Below are positions 49,602 through 58,894 of a stretch of DNA of 64,000 bases, piece by piece. The stretch's first letter is position 1, and each line of letters begins with the position of its first letter. The notes below the pieces were generated by a model. That model ran no database searches. It was not told where the DNA came from and was given only the letters and a program-made list of their open reading frames with translations. Source of the stretch: Candidatus Poribacteria bacterium. Its GTDB lineage: Bacteria > Poribacteria > WGA-4E > JAJDTR01. The position numbers and the translations under genes were made by a program. Where the stretch lies: NCBI GenBank assembly GCA_965222225.1, contig CBDCTK010000002.1:4544001-4608000 (forward strand), read 5' to 3'.

Positions 49602-50588
49602 CTAATGACTCATACCGAAATTATATATCCGCCGAACAATCTCCTCAATTTCCGGTTCCGAGATTGTCAAATCTTGAATCTCGTAACGCGCCGCCAATCG
49701 AGCGATTACTTCCGAAGCGGGCAGCGCATCTCGGTCAAATGCGAGCCAGATACGGTTTTCCTCACGTCGGGTCAGATTCACACCCTCAAGTTGAATATCG
49801 GGGTATGCTTGCGCCAGATCTACAATGAGCATACGGGTTTTGCCGTACTGTTTCTTCAGGGCATCAATCCCGCCGTCATAGATGATTTTGCCACTGTCAA
49901 TGATAATGAGTCGTTGACATACTTGTTCGACATTGTTGAGGTCGTGAGTCGTCAGGATTACCGTGACTTGACGTTCAGCGTTTATCTGCTTGAGGAACTG
50001 GCGAATCTGCTCTTTGGCAACCACATCCAAGCCGATGGTCGGCTCATCTAAATATAGAATCTCCGGGTTATGTAGCAGCGCTGCAGTTAGATCGCACCGC
50101 ATCCGCTGACCAAGACTCAGTTTTCGTACCGGCGTGGACAGATACGGATGCAATTGCAACAGTTCGCTGAAGAATTCAAGATTCTGCTTGTACTGGTTCT
50201 CGGGAATTTCGTAGATGTGTTTGAGCAACTCAAAGGAATCGATAACGGGCAGATCCCACCAGAGTTGCGTTCGTTGTCCAAACACAACGCCAATCCGGCG
50301 TGCATTTTCCTTCCGATGGAGATAAGGCGTCAACCCCATCACCTCAATATGACCCGAAGTTGGCACAAGAATCCCCGTAAGCATTTTGATGGTCGTCGAC
50401 TTCCCCGCCCCGTTGGCGCCGATGTATCCCACCAATTCCCCGCGTTCAAGGGTGAAGTTCACATTGTCAACGGCTTTTATGATGTCGTATTCGCGCGAGA
50501 CTGTGCTACCAAGGCTTCCCCAAAACCCCTTGCGGCGTTTATGCACCTTGAAGTTCTTGCTTAAATGTTCAACTGAAATAATGGGCAT
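49602..50588 (-). CDS. ABC transporter ATP-binding protein
   Basis: GANGAGKST, GQRTQLWWDLP, LSLGQRMR, LDEPT, TTHD. Confidence 0.95.
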   Translation of the reverse strand: MPIISVEHLSKNFKVHKRRKGFWGSLGSTVSREYDIIKAVDNVNFTLERGELVGYIGANGAGKSTTIKMLTGILVPTSGHIEVMGLTPYLHRKENARRIGVVFGQRTQLWWDLPVIDSFELLKHIYEIPENQYKQNLEFFSELLQLHPYLSTPVRKLSLGQRMRCDLTAALLHNPEILYLDEPTIGLDVVAKEQIRQFLKQINAERQVTVILTTHDLNNVEQVCQRLIIIDSGKIIYDGGIDALKKQYGKTRMLIVDLAQAYPDIQLEGVNLTRREENRIWLAFDRDALPASEVIARLAARYEIQDLTISEPEIEEIVRRIYNFGMSH

Positions 50589-51177
50589 TTGGTCACCGTG
50601 ACGTTTTTGAGGCACAACTTCGCCTAGAGTTATGGGTTGGGGAACAGTATGGCTAGCTTTACGCGCCGAATTAGCACACTGAATAATATAGCCAGTCTTA
50701 CGAGGAAGAGATTACACAATGGCGCAGTCGGAAGGGAGAAGCGGGTTAATACAGCAAAGACTCACTCGCGTAGACGTGAGGTGGCATGATTCATCAGATA
50801 ACAAACGTTGTGTTCGCCAAAGATTAATTGGCGAACACAAGGATCTCAGCCTAGAGTGGCGTAGGTCAAATTTGGGAAGTGTAACTACATGACTGGGCAA
50901 GGTGATTATTAAAGCCTAGAATTATATCACTTTTCTCTAGTGATAACAACCGCTATTAAACCACACAACGCTCGTGGCTCACAAGACAGGTGAGGAATTA
51001 GCGATAGCCACGTATTTTGCCTCGTCGAATCCGTTCTTTCTTGCCTTCTTATGCCGGGGCAAAAAATCCGTGACAAAACAAACGAGATGTGACATAATTC
51101 GACGATGTTCAACTCATGTGCGGTCACGCCGTAGTCTAGTCTCGCTATCCTCATGATTCACTATTTCGGAGGTATTG

Positions 51178-51915
51178 ATGTCAGAGTTGTCAGAGCAGGA
51201 AATGTTTGCAGTTTTACGAGAGTTTGATACACCTTCAATAACGAATGTTGTCGCAACCTATCCCGGAACCGAAACTTGCCTTGGGCTTTATAATCCTTGG
51301 ACGGAAAATTGGTATACCGACACGTCGATTCGTTGTATGTATCCAGAGTTGGGAGCGCTCGTCGGATATGCTGTCACATGTGTCTACGGTCTGCCAGATC
51401 CAAATTACTCTGAGTTATCGTTCTTGGATGTCATTGACGCGATGGACGCATCCAAGAAACCAACCATTCTAGTATTTGAGCAAAAGTTTCCTCCCGAAAT
51501 AGCCAACAAAGCTGGGCTTGCAGGAGGGAATATGACTTCAGCGATGAAAGCGGTTGGGTGCATCGGCGCCATATCGAACGGTCCTTCGCGCGACCTGGAT
51601 GAGATTCGGCCCATGAAATTTCAGTATCTGCTCAGTGGCATTACGCCGGGCCACGGCGCCATGGCACTTCGGGCAATTAACGTTCCCGTCTCGGTCGCAG
51701 GGATGGATGTGGCACCGGGCGAGCTTATCCACATGGACGAGAACGGCGCGTGCAAGTTCCCGGCAGACAAACTTGAAGCCGTCGTGAAAAACGTTCAGGC
51801 ATTGCGCGATGAAGAAGCTGACCGCATTGGCAAACTGGCAAATGCCACATCTGCAAAACAGGTGCGAGCCATCTTCAGCGGTCATTCCTATGCTGAAGAT
51901 GAAGAAGGTGAATAG
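51178..51915 (+). CDS. RraA / HMG-aldolase-like family protein
   Basis: DTPSITN, VGYAVT, GGNM, NGPSRDLDE, GELIHMDENG; RBS GGAGG. Confidence 0.85.
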   Translation: MSELSEQEMFAVLREFDTPSITNVVATYPGTETCLGLYNPWTENWYTDTSIRCMYPELGALVGYAVTCVYGLPDPNYSELSFLDVIDAMDASKKPTILVFEQKFPPEIANKAGLAGGNMTSAMKAVGCIGAISNGPSRDLDEIRPMKFQYLLSGITPGHGAMALRAINVPVSVAGMDVAPGELIHMDENGACKFPADKLEAVVKNVQALRDEEADRIGKLANATSAKQVRAIFSGHSYAEDEEGE

Positions 51916-52080
51916 AGGAACCGCCTGAAGATCCAGCGGAGGTTTGAAGCACCCATCTCAAACACAGATTGACTTCTCTTTACGCCGAATCCTCTTTGTC
52001 CGAGTAAATTAGGAACCCTTACCTTCGGATACCGGTGACAAGCCTTCAGGGTAGAGTATACACATCCAAATACCTTCTAT

Positions 52081-53325
52081 ATGCCCATTCCAAAACGGCT
52101 TTTCTTGGCTGCCCTCGCAATTTCGGGCGCCGCCAGTTTTTTGCTGTTCGGTTACGAATTTATTCGCGCCGTATCGACATCACTGTTTATTGAGGCATAC
52201 GGCGCCGTAAATCTTCCGTGGGTAATGTTTGCGGTACCGCCGAGTACATTCCTGCTGCTATATGTCTATGGTCGGATACTCTCGAAAATAGGGGCAAATC
52301 GTGCCCTATTGCTGACCTCGTTATTGTCCACGGTTCTAATTGGCAGTGGCTACGGTTTGTTATTGCAGCGAGTTGCACTTGCAGCCGCCTTTATCTACAT
52401 CTTTCGTGAAGCTTATATCGTCCTGATTATTGAGCAATACTGGTCACTTGTCAACAGCACGCTAAGTTCTGATCAAGCACGTCGAATCAATGGTCCATTC
52501 TGTGGAATTGCATCGCTCGGCGCCATAATCGGTGGACTTCTTGTGGGGCAATTGGCAACACCGCTGGGTTCCGAGTCGCTACTGCTTTTCGCCGCGGGGT
52601 CGCTTATTCCTGCGGCAGTGTGCTCCGGCTTCGCATACGCGCTGGCTGGCGAACCGAAACCGAGGGTGGAGGAGGCGGGTGGCAAAAAGGGACACATAGG
52701 GATAGCGCTGTTTTTTAAGTCGCGTTATCTGGTGCTTATCGGCTTACTCATCTTGACAACGCAAACCGTCTCAACGGTCTTGGATCTACGCTTCAACGGG
52801 TTAGTGGAGATTGAGAAGGTATATGCGGACGAGAGAACGGCTTTTTACGGTTCGTTCTACGCCGGAATCAGTACGGTGGCGCTTCTGTTGCAATTTCTTG
52901 CCGTCCCGTTGATTCTCAGGTTTGTTTCGCTACGTGCGGTGCATCTCGGGATTCCGGCAGTTCATCTTCTCACTTGCGCAATATTAGCCATCAAGCCTTC
53001 GCTAAGGAGCGGGTCAACGGCTTTTCTCCTATTCAAAGCGCTCGACTATTCGATTTTTCGCGCAGGCAAAGAGATTTTCTACATCCCGTTGTCATTCGAT
53101 GCACGCTACCGAGTGAAACAGATAATTGACACCTTCGGCTATCGGACGGCAAAGGGGGGCAGCGCAGGCGTGTTTGCACTTGTTGGTCTATTCGCGAAGA
53201 TTCCCGGTGTCGCTTTTTCAGTTGTGGCGATGGTAATGGCGGCAGTCTGGTCGGTTCTGGTGTCAACAGTTACAAAGCGCTATCAAGACTTGGAAGCCAT
53301 GAAAAGTCCACCACATGAAGGCTGA
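52081..53325 (+). CDS. Npt1/Npt2 (ATP:ADP antiporter-family) MFS transporter
   Basis: About 12 TM segments; QYWS, DYSIFRAGKEIFYIP, RYRVKQIIDTFGYR. Confidence 0.75.
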   Translation: MPIPKRLFLAALAISGAASFLLFGYEFIRAVSTSLFIEAYGAVNLPWVMFAVPPSTFLLLYVYGRILSKIGANRALLLTSLLSTVLIGSGYGLLLQRVALAAAFIYIFREAYIVLIIEQYWSLVNSTLSSDQARRINGPFCGIASLGAIIGGLLVGQLATPLGSESLLLFAAGSLIPAAVCSGFAYALAGEPKPRVEEAGGKKGHIGIALFFKSRYLVLIGLLILTTQTVSTVLDLRFNGLVEIEKVYADERTAFYGSFYAGISTVALLLQFLAVPLILRFVSLRAVHLGIPAVHLLTCAILAIKPSLRSGSTAFLLFKALDYSIFRAGKEIFYIPLSFDARYRVKQIIDTFGYRTAKGGSAGVFALVGLFAKIPGVAFSVVAMVMAAVWSVLVSTVTKRYQDLEAMKSPPHEG

Positions 53326-53377
53326 AGGGAGCGGCTCAGGAGATGAAGGAGAGCAGTTAGAAGGGGAATGACGGCAA

Positions 53378-53785
53378 ATGCCCGTTTTTGAATCTGCCGA
53401 GAAACTCTATCGTTGTTTAGGCGACTTTCTTGAGTTGATGAGTAATCATCCTCAAACCCGAAGGCTGCTACAAACAACCGAATTGACCGTCAGGTTTGTT
53501 TACACCGAGCCAGAGGCCTCTATCACCTTGGTTGCACGAGACGGAGAGCAATCCGTCCACTACGGAGATTATGGCGAGTCGCCCGACGTACAACTGTCGA
53601 TGTCGGGCGATATAGCGCACCGCTTTTGGATGGGGGAGGTTAACGTAATGAACGCCATTCTCACACGCCAGATTGTGGCGGATGGGCCTCTCAACAAGAT
53701 TATGGAACTCAAACCTCTGATTAAAGCGGCAATGGAAATCTATCCCCGGCACTTTAAGGAGTACGTTTCGCCAGTTTCAAGCTAA
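53378..53785 (+). CDS. SCP2 sterol/lipid-binding domain protein
   Basis: PDVQLSMSGDIAHRFWMGEVNVMNAI...IVADG. Confidence 0.8.
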   Translation: MPVFESAEKLYRCLGDFLELMSNHPQTRRLLQTTELTVRFVYTEPEASITLVARDGEQSVHYGDYGESPDVQLSMSGDIAHRFWMGEVNVMNAILTRQIVADGPLNKIMELKPLIKAAMEIYPRHFKEYVSPVSS

Positions 53786-54588
53786 CTAAAAGCGGCTTTC
53801 GATTTCTCCCCATAGATGATTGGCGCGGTATCTAAATCATCTATGTAACCCGCTAATCCTTCCCGCTTGCCGTCAATAGGCCGGCTTCGGTCTGCACGGA
53901 GATGAATGGCTAGGCTTTGACGCGGTGCACTCGACAGGTTGAAATTGCTTCCGTGCAAAACTCTTTTGTCGTGAAGGCTCATTCCGCCGGAGTCCATTAG
54001 AGCTGAAATCTCCTTCCACTTCCGATTGGGTGATAGGGCAAAGACTTCTTCAGAAATGTCCTGACTGTAGAAGTCGCCGCCGGTAATTTCCTTCCAGCGA
54101 TGCGAACCTGCCACGAATTTCATGGGACCTGATGATGCCTCCACATCACTTAACGCGACCCACGCCGTGAGTAGCTGACTCCCGTCTTCCCAAGTTCTAC
54201 CCCAATACTGCCAATCCGTGTGCCATCCAATCTTGGTTGGGGTAGGCTGTTTATCGGACGCTGGCGGTTTGTAGAGCAGTTGTACCCACCACACCTGAAT
54301 CATCTCGGCACCCGTTACGTGGGCAGCCCATTCGCCAATTTCGGGAGACCGAATAAGTTCCCCAATTGCTTTGTTGCCAAGTTGCGGCTGTTCAATTTTG
54401 CAGAGACGATCTGGGGCATCACCGGGTGCCCACGGGGACTTCGCCGGAGGCGTTCCCGTATCATAAACCCCTTCGCGAATCATGTCCAGGCCTTCACTAG
54501 CTTTCCGAACGCTTTCCAGATTTATGAGGGGCTCTTTGAAGACGCAAAAACCGTTCTCGGCGAATGAATTCTTGATGTCCAATGGCAT
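53782..54588 (-). CDS. PhyH-family dioxygenase (HxD type)
   Basis: FAENGF, GWHTD, TAWVAL, GPMKFVAGSH, LHGS, RQSLAIH. Confidence 0.92.
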   Translation of the reverse strand: MPLDIKNSFAENGFCVFKEPLINLESVRKASEGLDMIREGVYDTGTPPAKSPWAPGDAPDRLCKIEQPQLGNKAIGELIRSPEIGEWAAHVTGAEMIQVWWVQLLYKPPASDKQPTPTKIGWHTDWQYWGRTWEDGSQLLTAWVALSDVEASSGPMKFVAGSHRWKEITGGDFYSQDISEEVFALSPNRKWKEISALMDSGGMSLHDKRVLHGSNFNLSSAPRQSLAIHLRADRSRPIDGKREGLAGYIDDLDTAPIIYGEKSKAAFS

Positions 54589-54649
54589 TGTTGCGCTCCC
54601 TGTCCTACGAGGGTGAGTCTATCAGCATACAAACACACTTGGTGATCTA

Positions 54650-55342
54650 TCAAACGTTGAACCGTATATCAAGAATAGTGTTTTCCGGGATAATGTAGTC
54701 GCGATCGACCAGCTTCGTCAGATCCTTTGACCGGGCGTCCTGCAGGCTGTGCGCGGTAAGCATGTTGTTGCAACTGATGAGTTCTGCCTTGATGAACCCT
54801 CGGGCGAGATCAGAATGGATCTGGCCCGCGCACGTCACGGCATCTGCGCCTTTCTCCACTAGCCAGGCGTGAACCTCCTGTTTGCCGACGGTATAAAAAA
54901 ACATTACGCCTGCTTGCTCCATGATAGCACAGCATACACGAGTCGCATCCAGCGATATGTCCTCAAAAACGACTGTAGGCTTGCGACTCAATAGACCGAA
55001 TGCGTTGACAATCGACGCTTCACTATCGCTTATAGGCAAATCACAGAGCAGTTTTTCATCCTCAAGATGCGCTAAGCATTTTTCTAGCACTGCCATCTCG
55101 ATCGCATCCTCAACCCTAGTCAGTCGGCTTTCAATCTTTTCCATATCAAGAATCAGCAGATCCAAAAGACTGTTGTCTGCTATGGCTATAGCGTGCGCCG
55201 CCTCGTAGTCATCGAATAGGAACTCGAAATAGTACGGTGAGGATTTGGCCGGTTTAAACTTGTCGACGAGCCCCATGAAAATCTGGTCATTGTATCTCAC
55301 CTTGCCCTGTAGAACATCTAACCCGGAATATGCTATTTTCAC
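54650..55342 (-). CDS. DUF933 / YchF C-terminal-domain protein lacking a P-loop
   Basis: FFYTVGKQEVHAW, AGQIHSDLARGFIKAE, ends IRFNV; no GxxxxGKS/T. Confidence 0.85.
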   Translation of the reverse strand: MKIAYSGLDVLQGKVRYNDQIFMGLVDKFKPAKSSPYYFEFLFDDYEAAHAIAIADNSLLDLLILDMEKIESRLTRVEDAIEMAVLEKCLAHLEDEKLLCDLPISDSEASIVNAFGLLSRKPTVVFEDISLDATRVCCAIMEQAGVMFFYTVGKQEVHAWLVEKGADAVTCAGQIHSDLARGFIKAELISCNNMLTAHSLQDARSKDLTKLVDRDYIIPENTILDIRFNV

Positions 55343-55406
55343 TCTGTCTGGAAACCTTTCGCATGATTGAGAACGAGCCTACAACCCGTCCTCGTTAATA
55401 TGCAAT

Positions 55407-58400
55407 CTAGTCGTCTGCGCTTATCTCTGCTCCTACCGGCAGATCCTCCATTACAGGACTTTGGACGGGAGAACGAATTCTTGCAAACAACGCGTTTATA
55501 TCCGTTGTAATCGCGTATAGCGCCGGCATAACAAAGAGTGTCAACAGCGTCGCAAACGTCAGTCCGAAGATGATCGTGCTAGCCAACGGCATCCAGATCG
55601 GCGATTTTCCGCCCAACCCGACCGCCATCGGAATCAATCCGCAGACCGTTGTAATGGTTGTCAACAGAATCGGACGTAATCGGACGCCAGCACCTCTAAG
55701 AATCGCGCGCCACCGACTGCTTCCATTTCTGCGATAGCGGTTAATGAAGTCGATTAGCACAATCGAGTCATTAACCACAATTCCGGCGAGCGCTACAATG
55801 CCAAACATGGCTATCATGCTTAACGTCGCGCCTACAGCCAAGAGTCCAATCATCGCGCCGATGATTCCGAATGGCACCGCCAGGAGAATAATTACGGGTT
55901 GAAGGAAGGACTTAAACTGAGTCGCCAAGATAACATAAATCAAGAAAACACCAATCACAAATAGCTGAACCAGATCGGCAAAGGATTCCTGAATCTGATC
56001 GAATTCACCTCGGAAGTCCAGGCGGTATCCGGGAAACATAGTCTCTATGCCCGCGAATGTCTCAATTAGCGCTTGATTTACTTCAACAGCTGTAGTCTTG
56101 TCAGAATCTACGGAAGCATTTACCGTAATCGCCCGATCTCCGTCAAAGCGGCGAACCTCGACATATCCCCTTTCCTCTTGCACATCGGCGATGTCTCTCA
56201 ACGGAACAATTTCTCCCGCCGGCGTAGATATTAGGAGCTCCTCAAGGTCTGAGATTGTCTGAAGAGCGGCTTCGCTATATTTGACGATCACATCTACGGC
56301 CTCGTCGGCATCACGATAGGTGGTAGTAATATTGCCTTCGACTGCATTGCGAACATTGTAGGCTATTTGAAAGACATTTAACCCAAATTGATGCGCCTTT
56401 TCCTGCTTCACGTGCACTCGGAGTTCGGACTTCCCGACGAGAAAATCATCCTGAATTGCATAGACGCCTTCCATCTGACGCAATTCCGCTTTAAGCAGGT
56501 CGGCAATCCGATTTAATTCACGGAAATCCGGTCCCTTGATTTTCACATCAACGTCGGCTCCCTGGGGCGGTCCTCCTTGCAGTTTATCAATGGTAAGTTT
56601 TTCGATGCCGCTGATTTTCGCAACCTGCGGACGAAGGTCGTTCACAATATCATCTACACTGCGTTTGCGCTGATCTTTCGGAACAAGTTCAACCAGCACT
56701 TCGCCTACATTCGATCGCAATGTTGTACTGCCCAATATACCGGATGTTGGGGTGTGTAATCCGAGGTTGCTTACAATGGCGACCCGTTCGGCAGCCGGGA
56801 TAGACGCGGCGACCTTCTCAAGTTGAGAAATCACCACGCTAGTCTCTTTCATCCCAAACGAAGGAGGCATTTCGGCTTTCAGATAGAATTGGGGAAAGTC
56901 TTCTCCGGGAAACAACTCCTTATCAAGTGCCATGAACGCAGCGGCACAAACCACCACGCCCGTAGCCAATACTCCGATCACCACGGCATACCGCCATCGC
57001 ACGGTGAATTTCAAAACCGCTACGTAACGCTTCTTTATCGGATTAAACCAGTTGTTACGACGGGTATTTTTATTCGATGCCTTTCCCCACTCGGCAACGT
57101 GGGCGGGAAGAATCATAAAGACTTCAAGCAATGATGCTACTAGCACCAAAATGGCAACAATAGGCACAACACGCATAAATTGACCGGGTATACCCGACAT
57201 GAACATCAGCGGCCCAAACGCCGCAACCGTGGTCAAACTTGCAGCAAGAACGGGAGCTCCTACCTGTTCGGCGCCAACGACGGCAGCTTCGCGCGGCGAT
57301 TTTCCTCGCTGAATGTGTCGATAGATATTTTCAATCACCACAATAGCATCATCTACGACAATACCTACGACGAGTATCAAGCCAAATAAAGCGACACCGC
57401 TGAGCACGATCCCCGTCAAGTGCATGAAAAGGAAGGTCGCCATGAATGCAACCGGGATGCCAAGTGCAGCAAAGAGCGCGTTACGAAAGCCCAAGAATAC
57501 GAACAACAGAATAACTACAAGAAAGAGCCCGAAGAAAGCATTGGTTTCGAGGATACCAAACCGTTCCCTCAGAATAACGGAGTAATCATTTACTATTGAA
57601 ATCTTTGCATCCTCCGGCGCAACCAATTTGTAATCTTCAACGAGTTCGCGAATTTGCTCAACCAACTTGATGGTATTTGTTTCTGTCTTGCGTTGAATTG
57701 TCAAACTGATGGAGGGCGTGCCGTGAATACGTGACAACGTGCGTGGCTTCTCGTAGGTATCGGAGACGGTTGCAATATCGCTCAATCGTAATGAGGTGCC
57801 CGTACCTCGCGATCGGATTATCGTGTCTTGAATCTCATCAATACTCCGAAATTCGCCCAAGGTGCGAACAAGGTATTCAGATACGCCAACTTCCAGCGTT
57901 CCCGCAGGCAGGTTGAGGTTGTGGTACCTCAACGCATTTATCACCTCGGTGATAGGAAGCTGATATGCCCGCAGCTTGTTCGGATCGACTTCAATCCAAA
58001 TCTCTCTTTCGCGCACTCCTGCCAAGCGTACAGATCCGACACCCTTGATGTCAAGAATCTCGTCCCTGAGATTCTCGGCGATAGCCTTCATCTGCGGCTC
58101 CGAGATGGATCCTCCAACGACGAGTGTTAGCACGGGAAAATTTGATTCCATGTCGAATTCCACAACTTCCGGCTCATTCAAAATCTCGTTCGGGAGATCG
58201 TTCACGCGTTCCACTGCGGAGCGCAAGTTTTGGAGTTGCTTGCTGTATTCCCTATCGCTAATCTCTTCGAACTGAAGCGCAATTGTAGATATCCCTTCTG
58301 AAGATGTCGAAAGCATCAGATCAATCTTGTTGACCTCGTCTTCGATAGCTTCCTCAATTGGGACCGTTACCAATTTCTCAACCTCTTCGGGAGACGCGCC

Positions 58401-58556
58401 GGGGTAGATGGTTGTAATCGTGGCTGATTGTACCATAATATCGGGGCTTAGCGCCCTTGGGAGCACGAACCACGCGATCGTACCGAACACGATGATTATA
58501 ATCATCAGTAGGTTTGCAAAGACCGGATTACTTACAGAAAGTTTCGGGAGGGACAT
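55407..58556 (-). CDS. RND (AcrB/AcrD/AcrF) permease
   Basis: YPGASPEEVE, GIVVDDAIVVIEN, GIVVNDSIVLID, RLRPILLTT. Confidence 0.95.
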   Translation of the reverse strand: MSLPKLSVSNPVFANLLMIIIIVFGTIAWFVLPRALSPDIMVQSATITTIYPGASPEEVEKLVTVPIEEAIEDEVNKIDLMLSTSSEGISTIALQFEEISDREYSKQLQNLRSAVERVNDLPNEILNEPEVVEFDMESNFPVLTLVVGGSISEPQMKAIAENLRDEILDIKGVGSVRLAGVREREIWIEVDPNKLRAYQLPITEVINALRYHNLNLPAGTLEVGVSEYLVRTLGEFRSIDEIQDTIIRSRGTGTSLRLSDIATVSDTYEKPRTLSRIHGTPSISLTIQRKTETNTIKLVEQIRELVEDYKLVAPEDAKISIVNDYSVILRERFGILETNAFFGLFLVVILLFVFLGFRNALFAALGIPVAFMATFLFMHLTGIVLSGVALFGLILVVGIVVDDAIVVIENIYRHIQRGKSPREAAVVGAEQVGAPVLAASLTTVAAFGPLMFMSGIPGQFMRVVPIVAILVLVASLLEVFMILPAHVAEWGKASNKNTRRNNWFNPIKKRYVAVLKFTVRWRYAVVIGVLATGVVVCAAAFMALDKELFPGEDFPQFYLKAEMPPSFGMKETSVVISQLEKVAASIPAAERVAIVSNLGLHTPTSGILGSTTLRSNVGEVLVELVPKDQRKRSVDDIVNDLRPQVAKISGIEKLTIDKLQGGPPQGADVDVKIKGPDFRELNRIADLLKAELRQMEGVYAIQDDFLVGKSELRVHVKQEKAHQFGLNVFQIAYNVRNAVEGNITTTYRDADEAVDVIVKYSEAALQTISDLEELLISTPAGEIVPLRDIADVQEERGYVEVRRFDGDRAITVNASVDSDKTTAVEVNQALIETFAGIETMFPGYRLDFRGEFDQIQESFADLVQLFVIGVFLIYVILATQFKSFLQPVIILLAVPFGIIGAMIGLLAVGATLSMIAMFGIVALAGIVVNDSIVLIDFINRYRRNGSSRWRAILRGAGVRLRPILLTTITTVCGLIPMAVGLGGKSPIWMPLASTIIFGLTFATLLTLFVMPALYAITTDINALFARIRSPVQSPVMEDLPVGAEISADD

Positions 58557-58894
58557 TTTGGCTTTTCCTTACGTGCGGATTCTTGAGCAAATGGCGTAAA
58601 GGTGCTTCTAGCGTGAGGGAGATTGCTCCGAATTTCACTTACCCGAAGATTATCCGCATATTAGAATTATAGCAACTAGGTCACCATTTTAACAATGCAA
58701 AATCCGATGAATATCAGGTGCGATTGGCTTTTTCTTTCACGAGTCACTCTACCAAACTGACTCCGAAATATGTTATCATTTTGGTTGTCCCGCGGATGTC
58801 AACCGGCGTCAGTTAAGTTGCCGATACACATGAGTTCGACCTTCTTTGAGTCGCACCATCCCCACGCTAAAGTCTAGAGATGAGGTGAATACCA

